Shown here: positions 15,511 through 24,379 of the stretch, one piece after another | Numbering within the stretch: the first letter of the stretch is position 1 | How the letters are laid out: every line of letters begins with the position of its first letter | Notes under the pieces: generated by a model | What the model was told of the DNA's origin: nothing | Seen by the model: only the letters and a program-made list of their open reading frames with translations | Database searches by the model: none | From: Oculatellaceae cyanobacterium bins.114 | GTDB lineage: Bacteria; Cyanobacteriota; Cyanobacteriia; Elainellales; Elainellaceae | Direction: 5' to 3' | Assembly (NCBI GenBank): GCA_033764315.1 | Contig: JANRJA010000081.1 | Coordinates: 1 to 24,379 of the forward strand | DNA length: 24,379 nucleotides | Made by a program: the position numbers and the translations under genes

Positions 15511-17574
15511 ATGTCTGATACCAATACTCCCCTGACCTATCCTCCTACCGCCACGGTCTCACAAGTAGACGACTACCACGGCACAAGCGTGGCTGATCCC
15601 TATCGGTGGTTAGAAGATCCCGATTCTGATGAGAGCAAAACCTGGATCGAGGCGCAAAATCAAGTCACCTTTAGCTACTTAAATAGTTTGCCAGCCCGCG
15701 ATCGCTTGAAAGAACGCCTAACAGCTTTATGGGACTACGAAAAATATGGCACTCCCTTTAAACAGGGCGATCGCTACTTCTACTTTAAGAACGATGGGCT
15801 ACAAAACCAGAGCGTGCTCTACACGTTGCCCAGTCTAGAAGCAGAACCCACAGTCTTGCTTGATCCCAATACTCTCTCTGAAGATGGCACTGTTGCTCTA
15901 TCAGGGTTAGCCATTAGCGAAAACGGCAACTTATTAGCCTATGGCATCTCTCGCTCTGGCTCCGACTGGGTCGAGTGGAATGTGCGCGACATCGCAACCG
16001 GAAAAGATCTGCCCGATCACATTCAATGGGTAAAATTTTCGGGAGCCAGTTGGACGCATGACCACCAGGGTTTTTTCTACTCTCGCTATGACGAACCCAA
16101 CAGCGATACCAAGCTAGAAGACATCAACTATTTTCAAAAGCTTTATTATCATCGCCTCGGCACGCCTCAAACTGAAGACGTTTTAATTTACGAACGTCCT
16201 GATGAGAAGGAGTGGATGTTTGGGGCAGATGTAACAGAGGATGGACGATACCTGATCATTGATATCCGGCGGGGCACCGACCCTCGCAATCTCGTCTTTT
16301 GGAAAGACTTGTCTCAGCCTGATGCTCCGGTAGTTGAGCTAATCAATACTTTTGAAGCCAGCTATAGCTTGATTGGCAGTGAGGGAGCAACTTTTTGGTT
16401 TCAAACCGATTTAGACGCGCCACGAGGACGGGTAATGGCGATCGATATTGCCAACTGCGATCGCGCTCATTGGCAAGAAGTGATTCCTCAAGCCGAGGAA
16501 ACCTTAGAGGGAGTCAGTCTGCTCAACCAGCAACTAGTAGCGCAATATCTCAAAGATGCCCATGCCCAAGTCAAGATTTTTGACTTAAATGGGGGCTTTG
16601 TCCGAGAGGTCGCCCTACCTGGATTAGGCTCGGTTGGCGGTTTTGGCGGCAAACCCGACGATACCGAAACCTTCTACAGTTTCACCAGTTTTACGACTCC
16701 CACAACGATCTATCGGTATAACCTGACAACAGGCGAAAGCACCCTCTTTCGTCAGCCACAGGTGCCCTTTGACCCCAAAGATTACGAGTCAAAACAGGTT
16801 TTTTATCCCAGCAAAGATGGCACCCGCGTTCCTATGTTTATCACCCACAAGCGGGGGCTAACCTTGGATGGCAACAATCCTACCTATCTCTATGGCTATG
16901 GCGGATTTAATATCTCGTTGACTCCGTCGTTTTCACCTAGCAATCTGGTTTGGCTAGAAATGGGAGGAGTATTTGCCGTTCCCAACTTACGAGGTGGCGG
17001 TGAATATGGGGAAGAGTGGCACCAGGCAGGCACAAAACTCAATAAGCAGAATGTGTTTGACGACTTCATCAGCGCGGCAGAATGGCTGATTGCTAATGGC
17101 TATACATCATCCAAAAAGTTGGCGATCGCCGGGGGCAGCAACGGTGGGCTGCTGGTCGGGGCATGTATGACCCAACGACCCGATCTGTTTGCCGCCGCAC
17201 TACCAGCGGTTGGGGTGCTAGATATGCTACGGTTCCATAAATTTACAATTGGCTGGGCGTGGTGCTCTGACTATGGTTCTCCTGACAATCCAGAGGAGTT
17301 TAAAGCGTTGTATGCCTATTCGCCACTACACAACCTCAAACCTGGAACTCACTATCCCGCAACGCTAATCACCACCGCCGACCACGACGATCGCGTGGTG
17401 CCTGCTCACAGCTTTAAATTTGCGGCTGCCTTGCAAGCGGCCCATCAGGGAGACAATCCTGTCCTCATTCGCATTGAAACCAAAGCTGGACACGGAGCGG
17501 GTAAACCAACCGCTAAATTAATTGAAGAAAATGCGGATAAATGGGCGTTTCTAGTCAAAGTATTAGAGGTTTGA
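15511..17574 (+). CDS. Prolyl oligopeptidase (S9A)
   Basis: VADPYRWLED N-terminus, beta-propeller region, catalytic GGSNGG, DHDDRV and AGHGAGKP. Confidence 0.96.
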   Translation: MSDTNTPLTYPPTATVSQVDDYHGTSVADPYRWLEDPDSDESKTWIEAQNQVTFSYLNSLPARDRLKERLTALWDYEKYGTPFKQGDRYFYFKNDGLQNQSVLYTLPSLEAEPTVLLDPNTLSEDGTVALSGLAISENGNLLAYGISRSGSDWVEWNVRDIATGKDLPDHIQWVKFSGASWTHDHQGFFYSRYDEPNSDTKLEDINYFQKLYYHRLGTPQTEDVLIYERPDEKEWMFGADVTEDGRYLIIDIRRGTDPRNLVFWKDLSQPDAPVVELINTFEASYSLIGSEGATFWFQTDLDAPRGRVMAIDIANCDRAHWQEVIPQAEETLEGVSLLNQQLVAQYLKDAHAQVKIFDLNGGFVREVALPGLGSVGGFGGKPDDTETFYSFTSFTTPTTIYRYNLTTGESTLFRQPQVPFDPKDYESKQVFYPSKDGTRVPMFITHKRGLTLDGNNPTYLYGYGGFNISLTPSFSPSNLVWLEMGGVFAVPNLRGGGEYGEEWHQAGTKLNKQNVFDDFISAAEWLIANGYTSSKKLAIAGGSNGGLLVGACMTQRPDLFAAALPAVGVLDMLRFHKFTIGWAWCSDYGSPDNPEEFKALYAYSPLHNLKPGTHYPATLITTADHDDRVVPAHSFKFAAALQAAHQGDNPVLIRIETKAGHGAGKPTAKLIEENADKWAFLVKVLEV

Positions 17575-17594
17575 AGGGATGAGGGGAATTAGGA

Positions 17595-17622
17595 AAGGAT
17601 GAAGGATGAAGGATGAAGGATA
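17595..17622. repeat. Heptamer STRR (AAGGATG)3 AAGGATA
   Basis: Direct reading; lies in a purine-rich block that is followed by a pyrimidine-rich block at 17670-17722. Confidence 0.85.
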
Positions 17623-17831
17623 AAGGGCATAAGGATCAAAATATGGAAAGACAAAAGGATGAAGCGTGATATTTCGGTTTCTTTCAGTTCCTTTACCTTT
17701 TTGCTGTCTGCCTTTGATCTTTGACGGTGCATTACGTTGACGCTAACAGCCCTCTATCCCCTGCCCTTTTCCCTCGGCCAACTTTCTGTAGATCTAATGG
17801 GCAACTTTTCTAAGACTCCCGCCAAATCTGA

Positions 17832-17915
17832 CCCTCACCCTAGCCCTTTCCCATAGGGGAGGGAACTGGAGTCCCTGGAAGCCCTTTTCCCTAAATACAA
17901 GGGTTGGGATGAGGG
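17832..17915. repeat. Degenerate MITE-like palindromic repeat
   Basis: Imperfect 17-bp terminal inverted repeats CCCTCACCCTAGCCCTT / AAGGGTTGGGATGAGGG with an internal CCCTTTCCC-ATA-GGGGAGGG hairpin. Confidence 0.6.
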
Positions 17916-18010
17916 CAAATGAGTTGCACATCGCGTTTCATTACATTTCTTTTCTCTTTATTTATCTTCACTTTTCTAACCTCCCACCCTCCTCTCGCTT
18001 CCTTGCCCTA

Positions 18011-19588
18011 ATGGATATCAATCATCTCCTGCTCTGGCTAGTCGGTCTTTCCTGTAGCTTGACATTGATTCGGACACTGCGAACACCGTCTAGCCATAAC
18101 CGAGGGTGGATGGCGGTTTCTGGGTTTGTTTTGATGGTCACAACGATCGCCTTGTTTGTCATACCCCGGCAAGCGGGACTACTCGGCGGTGGCCTATGGG
18201 CGGTGTTAATGGTGATACCTAGTTTTGGCATTCGTCAGGTGAGTGCGCTGGCCTATCAAGAGCGTTATCAAGCCGCCAGTCAATTAGCCCGTTTTTTAAG
18301 CTGGTTGCATCCGGCAGATGGGTGGCGAGACTATCCGATCATTTTGGGGGCGATCGCTCTGGGGCAACAGGGGCAACTGGATCAGGCGATCGCCATTCTC
18401 GATCGATATCAGTCTCCTAAAACGGCGATCGGGCGATTGGCGGCTGCCTTTCGTTATCGCTTAGAGTCACGCTGGGGCGATCTACTGACGTGGATCTATG
18501 AACATGGATTAACCGCACGCTTAAATCAAGACCCCAGTTTAATGACGTCTTACTTGCGATCGCTCGGTGAGACAGGCAACTTAAATGCATTAGCCGAACA
18601 AACCTACGCCTTTAGTCAAATTTTAGAAAAAACGGGTAATGTTCAATTGGCTCATCTGGTGAGGCTATTCGTTTTGTCATTTTGTGGAGAACCTGAACGA
18701 GTACAACGGTTGCTCAATCGCTCCTTTGCAAATTACTCTCCCCACATTCGAGGATTTTGGTTAGCCACCGCTGAAATGACGGCTGATCAACGCTCCGCAG
18801 CCCAACAACGGTTATTAACCCTTCAATCAGTTGGCAATTCAATCATGCAGCGAGCGATCGCCCATCGTCTCAATCAACCTCTTCCATCTGCCAGTTCCAT
18901 CCTCTCTCCAACCTCACGCCAAATCCTGGTACAAATTGAGCAAGACGCCCAAAACGAAGCGCGTTATGGCAGACCTTTTACATTTGTTAGCAAAACAGCT
19001 TACGCTACCTATGCTCTGATTGCGTTAAACCTGCTCATGTTTGTGCTTGAAGAGCTACAGGGCGGTAGTCAAAATGATCTCACCCTCGTTCAGTTAGGTG
19101 CGTTGATGCCTGTAGCCGTGTGGCAGGGCGAGTGGTGGCGTTTATTAGCGGCCAACTTTTTACACTTTGGCTGGGTGCACTTGACGATGAACATGTTAGG
19201 ACTTTACTTTTTAGGAGGTTTTGTCGAGTCAACCCTGGGTGTTGGTCGCTATCTAACCACTTATTTCATCAGTGGAATTGGGGCACTGTTTCTAATTGTT
19301 TTGCTGGCGATCGCATCCCACGCCCCAACACAAATTTTGGTCGGTGCCTCTGCTGCGATCATGGGTCTGGTAGGCGCGATCGGGGCCATCATGCTTTATG
19401 GTTGGCGATATGAAAAGTCCCGCGTCGCTGCCAAAAATTTACGAGTTTTGCTGTTTGTAATTGGCATTCAGATCGTGTTTGACCTGACCACTCCAGGCGT
19501 TAGTTTCCTGGGTCATACCTTGGGTTTGATCTTAGGATTTGTCGTCAGCAGTTTCTTACTACGCCATTGGAAACTGGTCAACAGGTGA
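18011..19588 (+). CDS. Rhomboid family intramembrane serine protease with long N-terminal membrane and helical (TPR-like) extension
   Basis: GEWWRLL..NFLHFGWVHLTMNM, catalytic GASAAIMG and FLGHTLG. Start set to the ATG at 18011. Confidence 0.9.
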   Translation: MDINHLLLWLVGLSCSLTLIRTLRTPSSHNRGWMAVSGFVLMVTTIALFVIPRQAGLLGGGLWAVLMVIPSFGIRQVSALAYQERYQAASQLARFLSWLHPADGWRDYPIILGAIALGQQGQLDQAIAILDRYQSPKTAIGRLAAAFRYRLESRWGDLLTWIYEHGLTARLNQDPSLMTSYLRSLGETGNLNALAEQTYAFSQILEKTGNVQLAHLVRLFVLSFCGEPERVQRLLNRSFANYSPHIRGFWLATAEMTADQRSAAQQRLLTLQSVGNSIMQRAIAHRLNQPLPSASSILSPTSRQILVQIEQDAQNEARYGRPFTFVSKTAYATYALIALNLLMFVLEELQGGSQNDLTLVQLGALMPVAVWQGEWWRLLAANFLHFGWVHLTMNMLGLYFLGGFVESTLGVGRYLTTYFISGIGALFLIVLLAIASHAPTQILVGASAAIMGLVGAIGAIMLYGWRYEKSRVAAKNLRVLLFVIGIQIVFDLTTPGVSFLGHTLGLILGFVVSSFLLRHWKLVNR

Positions 19589-20055
19589 TCTGAGATAAAA
19601 GTGCAGATCTGAAGAATGGATAGAAGCGGATTTAGCCTTCGATCAATTATCAATTACCAGCCGTCTCGATCAAGCCAGACAACTTTAAAACCCGATAAAG
19701 TTTTTGAAGCTGATGTGAGTGCTTTAGATTCACAAATGGGTAATTTGTATTTAGCTTGAAGAAGTGAGTCAGGTAGTCACCTGTACATGGGCAAAGCGAT
19801 CGCCCTGTTCTAACTGCTGAGAAATACTCGATTCATCCATTCGAGATCGACTCACTTCAAAAATAGAAATAATTCCCGATTGGTTGTATTAAAAAGCCAA
19901 CTGTGGAGTAGACTAATTTGGATGTTCAGAGCAATATAACAGGGTTGCGTCTTCCAACATTTCAACCAATCTATAAAGTGCTTTAACACCCATTGATCAT
20001 CTTCATATTTGTTCACCTTTATCAATTTGCGGCAGCTACCTAAGGAATTTTTGTC

Positions 20056-23000
20056 ATGGCGTCCATTTTTGGCACTCCCGGTTCAGATTTTGCAGTTGGC
20101 ACATCCGAGTCTGACTTGTTTTTAGGCGATGCAGGGGATGACACCCTTGTGGGCGAAGCCGGAAACGATACTATTTCGGGTAATGCTGGCAATGACTTTG
20201 TTGTGAGTCGAGCGGGCAACGATATCACCAATGGCAATGATGGGGATGACACTATCTATGGCGATGAAGGCAACGACAGCCTACTTGGAGATCTGGGGAA
20301 TGACAATCTCTACGGTGGACTGGGCAATGATGTCATAAATGGGGGCACTGGCAATGACATTCTCGATGGCAGCACTGGACGTGATTTGTTAACGGGAGGC
20401 ACCGGCAACGACAGTTTTGTGATTGCCCGTCGAGGTGGCGGTCGCCGCCTCAGTCAAGCCGACATTATTACTGATTTCGGTAATGGGCGAGATTTGCTCC
20501 GTCTGGCGGGTGGGTTGCGCTTCACTGACTTAACCATCACACAAGGCACAGGGCGCAATCGCAGAGATACCATCATTCGCGATCGCCGCTCTGGTGAATA
20601 TTTAGCGGTGTTACGAGGGGTCAGCCGCAGTCGCATTACTCGTCGCAGTTTTTCTGCGATTACGCTGCCCGTCCGAGAAACTACCGCTCCTCTCGCCAGT
20701 AATTTGCAAGCGGCCAACATCACGGGCGGTGGCAACACTCAAACATTTACCGTGCAATTTGCCGACGATGTGGCAATTAACGTTCTGAGTCTGGGCAATA
20801 ACAATATTCGGGTCACAGGTCCCAACAACTTTAGCCAGTTAGCCACCTTCTTAAGCGCGACTCCCGGTGGAAATGGCATCGTTCGCACAGCAACCTATCG
20901 CATTAGTGCTCCAGGCAACGTCTGGGATAGTGCAGACAATGGCACCTATCAAATTGCCTTACAATCTGGGCAGGTTTTCGATACCTCTGCCAACTTTGCG
21001 CCTGCAACCAGTCTAGGCGCGTTTACCGTCAACTCTCCACCCCTAAACTCAACCGTAACGGTGAGTGCGACTCCACTGAGTGTTGTCGAAAATAGTGGAT
21101 CTGGTATTACCTACACCTTTACTCGCGATAACAGTGTCACGGCTCCTTTGAGCAGTGCTTTGACTATTAACTTTAACGTCGGCGGAACAGCCGTCTTCGG
21201 GGCGGGGGGCAACGATTACACCCAAACCGGAGCGTTAACCTTCTCAGCCACAACTGGGTCTGTCACCTTTGCTCCCAACGCCACAACCGCGACGGTGAGA
21301 CTGACTCCTGTAGGCGACACCACCGTAGAACCTGACGAAACGATCGCCCTCTCTGTAGCCGCAGGCACGGGGTACACCGCAGGCATTCCTGGTTCTGCCA
21401 CTTCCACTATTAGCAACGATGATGTCGAGGTTAGCTTATCTGTCTCACCCGCTGTGATTCAAGAAGGCAACTCTGCTGGCTTGCTCTACACCTTTACGCG
21501 GGCAGGCTCTTTAACCAATGCATTGACGGCTAATTTTACGGTCGCTGGCTCAGCTGTTTTTGGAGTTGGCAACGACTATACCCAAACTGGAGCCGCCACC
21601 TACACAGGCACCACTGGCACCGTCACCTTTGCCGCCAACGCCTCGACGGCCACTGTTCGCCTTACTCCCATCAATGATGCGATCGTAGAACCCGATAAAA
21701 CCGCCACACTTACCCTGGCATCCGGAACAGGCTACACCATTAGCACACCTGCCGCTGCCACGGGCACCATTCTCAACGACGATGCCACCGTTACTGTAGC
21801 CGCCTCACCCCTCAATGCCTTTGAAAATAGCGGGACAGGCTTGGTTTACACATTCACCCGTACTGGGTTCACCGAAAGTGCTTTAACGACCAGTTTTACA
21901 GTCGCTGGAGCCGCCGCTTTTGGCACCGATTACACTCAAACTGGAGCCGCTAGCTTCACCGCCTCAACGGGAACAGTTACCTTTGCAGCTGGAGCCTCGA
22001 CCGCAACCATCACTCTCAATCCGACGGCTGATTCAACCTTTGAGCCAGATGAAGCCGCCACTCTCACCCTCACTCCTGGCACCAACTACAGTCTGGGTGC
22101 TCAATCTGCGGCTACAACCACAATCCTCAACGACGACGCCAGCCTCACAGTCAGTGTCAGCCCCAGCAGTGTTTTAGAAAATGGTGGAACGGGATTAGTC
22201 TATACCTTTACCCGCATTGGAGCCACCACAAATCCCTTAGTGGTCGATTTCACCGCCAGTGGCACAGGAGTGTTTGGTCCCACAGCAGACTATACCCAAA
22301 CTGGAGCCACCAACTTTGATGGTACCAATGGACAAGTGTCGTTTTTAGCCAATGCCACGACGGCTACAGTGACATTGTCACCTGTGGGAGACACAGTTGT
22401 AGAAGCTAACAAAGATGTCACCCTGACAGTTGTTCCCGGAAATAGTTACAGCGTTGGCACGACAGGCACAGCCACTGGCACATTGTTGAACGATGATGCA
22501 GATGTCACCCTCGCTGTTGCCCCCGCCAGTGCCCTAGAAGACAGTGGTACAGGCTTAGTCTATACGTTCACTCGCACTGGCTTTATCACAAATCCGCTGA
22601 CAGTGAATTTTAGCGTTGCAGGTACAGCCACCTTTGGCGGCGGCAATGACTATACCCAAACCGGAGCATCAGGATTTAACGGCTCGGCAGGCACAGTCAC
22701 CTTTGCCGCCAACGCAACTACAGCAACCGTTACATTGACCCCCGTTGCAGATGGAGCGGTTGAGGCTAATGAAGATGTACGGTTAACCCTGGTTGCTGGA
22801 GCAGGGTATAACGCCGTCACAAATGGAGCTGTATCCACGACTATTCTGAATGACGATGCCACAATTACTGCGGCGATCAGTCAAGCCAGTGTGGATGAGG
22901 ATAGCGGCACAGGAATTGTTTACACCTTTACTCGCACAGGTTATCTCGATCGCGCCCTTACAGTAAATTTTGGAGTTGGCGGAACAGCCACCTTTGGTGG

Positions 23001-23982
23001 AGCTAGCGCAGACTATACCCAAACTGGAGCGGCAACCTTTACTGGAACTGGAGGCACCGTTACGTTTGCGGCTGGAGAAACCACCAAAACCGTTACCATC
23101 AATTCCACGCTCGATCCAGTAGTGATCGAGTCAGATGAAACCGTGATTCTCACGTTAGGCGCAGGATCGGGTTACACCGTGGGCACAGCTACCGCGTTAA
23201 CAGGCACCATTCTCAATGACGATGGCGTAGTTCGCAACACCAATGACAGTGGTCTAGGATCGCTACGGCAAGCGATTTTGGCGGCTAATAATGTGACATC
23301 ACCTGCCAACTGGACGGTTCAATTTGCTCCCAGCCTCAATGGAACGATCGCCCTCACCACCGCATTACCCACCATCGAACGCGACATGATTGTTGACGGC
23401 CCCGGAGCTAGCACCTTGACAGTCAGTGGTGGAGATGCAGTGCGAATCTTTAGTGTGGGCAGTGGGGTTAACGTAACTCTCCAAGATTTGAGAATCGCTA
23501 ATGGAAACGCGATCGGCAGTAGTGGCAATGATGGTGGGGGATTGCTAAACTCCGGTGGCACAATCACCGTTCAAAATGTCACCTTTGCTAACAACAAAGC
23601 GACTGCTGGTGGAGCTATTTCTAATCGCAGCGGCTCAATTACGATTACTGACAGCGACTTCTCAACCAACCAAGCCACATCTCAAGGAGGCGGCATTAAC
23701 AACAGCGGCACGGTCAATGTTACCAGCAGCCGCTTCTTTGACAACACAGCCGCATTTCAAGGAGCGGGCATTTACACCCTTAATAGCTCTCTAACAGTTG
23801 ATAACAGTCAGTTTTCTAATAATGATGCGGGCTTCCAGGGAGGTGGCATCTTTAACGCCGCAACGACGGCTATCCTTGTGCAAAATAGTAACTTCCTAAC
23901 GCCTGAGCCAAACTCTCCTTCGGCGATTTCGGGTGCTTTGGGTTCGGGTTCCTTTACGGGCAGCAACAACACATTCCCTTAA
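20056..23982 (+). CDS. Large Ca2+-binding surface/secreted protein: N-terminal RTX nonapeptides, Ig-like domain, 6 Calx-beta-like repeats, C-terminal parallel beta-helix
   Basis: GGxGxDxLx repeats (aa ~20-122); six ~120-aa units with YTFTR...DYTQTGA...TI/LLNDD; VRNTNDSGLGSLRQAI and GGAI/GGGI..FxxN repeats; T/G/A/S/N-rich; no classical signal peptide visible. Confidence 0.85.
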   Translation: MASIFGTPGSDFAVGTSESDLFLGDAGDDTLVGEAGNDTISGNAGNDFVVSRAGNDITNGNDGDDTIYGDEGNDSLLGDLGNDNLYGGLGNDVINGGTGNDILDGSTGRDLLTGGTGNDSFVIARRGGGRRLSQADIITDFGNGRDLLRLAGGLRFTDLTITQGTGRNRRDTIIRDRRSGEYLAVLRGVSRSRITRRSFSAITLPVRETTAPLASNLQAANITGGGNTQTFTVQFADDVAINVLSLGNNNIRVTGPNNFSQLATFLSATPGGNGIVRTATYRISAPGNVWDSADNGTYQIALQSGQVFDTSANFAPATSLGAFTVNSPPLNSTVTVSATPLSVVENSGSGITYTFTRDNSVTAPLSSALTINFNVGGTAVFGAGGNDYTQTGALTFSATTGSVTFAPNATTATVRLTPVGDTTVEPDETIALSVAAGTGYTAGIPGSATSTISNDDVEVSLSVSPAVIQEGNSAGLLYTFTRAGSLTNALTANFTVAGSAVFGVGNDYTQTGAATYTGTTGTVTFAANASTATVRLTPINDAIVEPDKTATLTLASGTGYTISTPAAATGTILNDDATVTVAASPLNAFENSGTGLVYTFTRTGFTESALTTSFTVAGAAAFGTDYTQTGAASFTASTGTVTFAAGASTATITLNPTADSTFEPDEAATLTLTPGTNYSLGAQSAATTTILNDDASLTVSVSPSSVLENGGTGLVYTFTRIGATTNPLVVDFTASGTGVFGPTADYTQTGATNFDGTNGQVSFLANATTATVTLSPVGDTVVEANKDVTLTVVPGNSYSVGTTGTATGTLLNDDADVTLAVAPASALEDSGTGLVYTFTRTGFITNPLTVNFSVAGTATFGGGNDYTQTGASGFNGSAGTVTFAANATTATVTLTPVADGAVEANEDVRLTLVAGAGYNAVTNGAVSTTILNDDATITAAISQASVDEDSGTGIVYTFTRTGYLDRALTVNFGVGGTATFGGASADYTQTGAATFTGTGGTVTFAAGETTKTVTINSTLDPVVIESDETVILTLGAGSGYTVGTATALTGTILNDDGVVRNTNDSGLGSLRQAILAANNVTSPANWTVQFAPSLNGTIALTTALPTIERDMIVDGPGASTLTVSGGDAVRIFSVGSGVNVTLQDLRIANGNAIGSSGNDGGGLLNSGGTITVQNVTFANNKATAGGAISNRSGSITITDSDFSTNQATSQGGGINNSGTVNVTSSRFFDNTAAFQGAGIYTLNSSLTVDNSQFSNNDAGFQGGGIFNAATTAILVQNSNFLTPEPNSPSAISGALGSGSFTGSNNTFP
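21052..23223 (+). repeat. Six intragenic ~360-bp Calx-beta-like repeats
   Basis: Units end in NDD at about 21423, 21783, 22137, 22497, 22857 and 23223; all share GA(C/T)TA(C/T)AC(C/T)CAAAC(C/T)GGAGC. Confidence 0.85.
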
Positions 23983-24057
23983 CATCAATTCAGGTTAAAC
24001 CGCTTGCCCATGAATTCACGGCTATTAAGACTAACGTGAATTTGGGATAAGGATTTT

Positions 24058-24171
24058 GGCGGTTGAAACCGCAACTACAGGAGCAAAACCGACCTGCGTT
24101 GGTTCAGTAAACCTTTGATTTTGCTAGTCTGCGAAGGCGGACTTCGTTCTGGTAGCCGCGAATTTATTCGC
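24058..24171. repeat. ~115-bp four-hairpin REP/REPIN-like dispersed repeat, copy B
   Basis: GCGGTT-GA-AACCGC, AACCGAC-CTGC-GTTGGTT, AGTCTGC-GAAG-GCGGACT and GCGAAT-TT-ATTCGC; colinear with 1-116. Confidence 0.8.
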
Positions 24172-24379
24172 TGGGCTGCTTATACCAATCAGATGTGAGG
24201 ATGCGCCAAATCAATCACCCCCTGTAGTCCCCCTTGGCAAGGCAGGGCTGATCTACTGAAAAAAGGAAAAAAGGCGAGGGATATCATGGGCAACCCGACG
24301 AATGGCTTGAGTAATTGAGCTATACCCGTGTCCCCGAAACAGATTCACGACAATCGTTCGGACAATTGCAAAATTGACC

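Noticed and set aside
19616-19759. 47-codon plus-strand ORF (MDRSGFSL...)
   Set aside because: No SD, motif or compositional support.
19780-19830. c-di-GMP-I riboswitch suggested by GGGCAAAGC
   Set aside because: Lacks the GNRA-capped stem and the downstream conserved elements of that class.
18011-23982. Rhomboid acting as a rhombosortase on the adjacent surface protein
   Set aside because: The surface protein has no C-terminal transmembrane or GlyGly-CTERM segment; adjacency is the only link.

Overview
Cyanobacterial chromosomal window (frequent HIP1 GCGATCGC octamers, heptamer STRR tracts; probably a filamentous, Leptolyngbya-like strain, which is an inference). The left half is all minus strand: an FKBP/SlyD-type PPIase, gatB, ffh-rpsP-khpA-rpsU-phoH, and an NTT/MFS-HEAT repeat protein. 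rpsU is missing from the supplied ORF track. The right half is all plus strand: a pncB-nadD-nrtR-nadE NAD operon with a recognisable NrtR operator, a prolyl oligopeptidase, a long rhomboid protease, and a 1308-aa RTX/Calx-beta/beta-helix surface protein. Protein content is mostly housekeeping. The most interesting signals are: (i) a stand-alone ~55-nt NsiR1-like sRNA between gatB and ffh whose promoter carries a HetR-box-like GGGGG-N5-CCCCC palindrome instead of a DIF1 motif; (ii) an unusually long Shine-Dalgarno in front of rpsU; (iii) a surface protein with its RTX and 'C-terminal' cap module at the N-terminus and strongly Arg-substituted; (iv) a multi-branched inverted-repeat structure upstream of that gene; (v) two copies of a four-hairpin REPIN-like element showing compensatory changes. 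Family assignments rest on motif recognition and recall; no database search was run.
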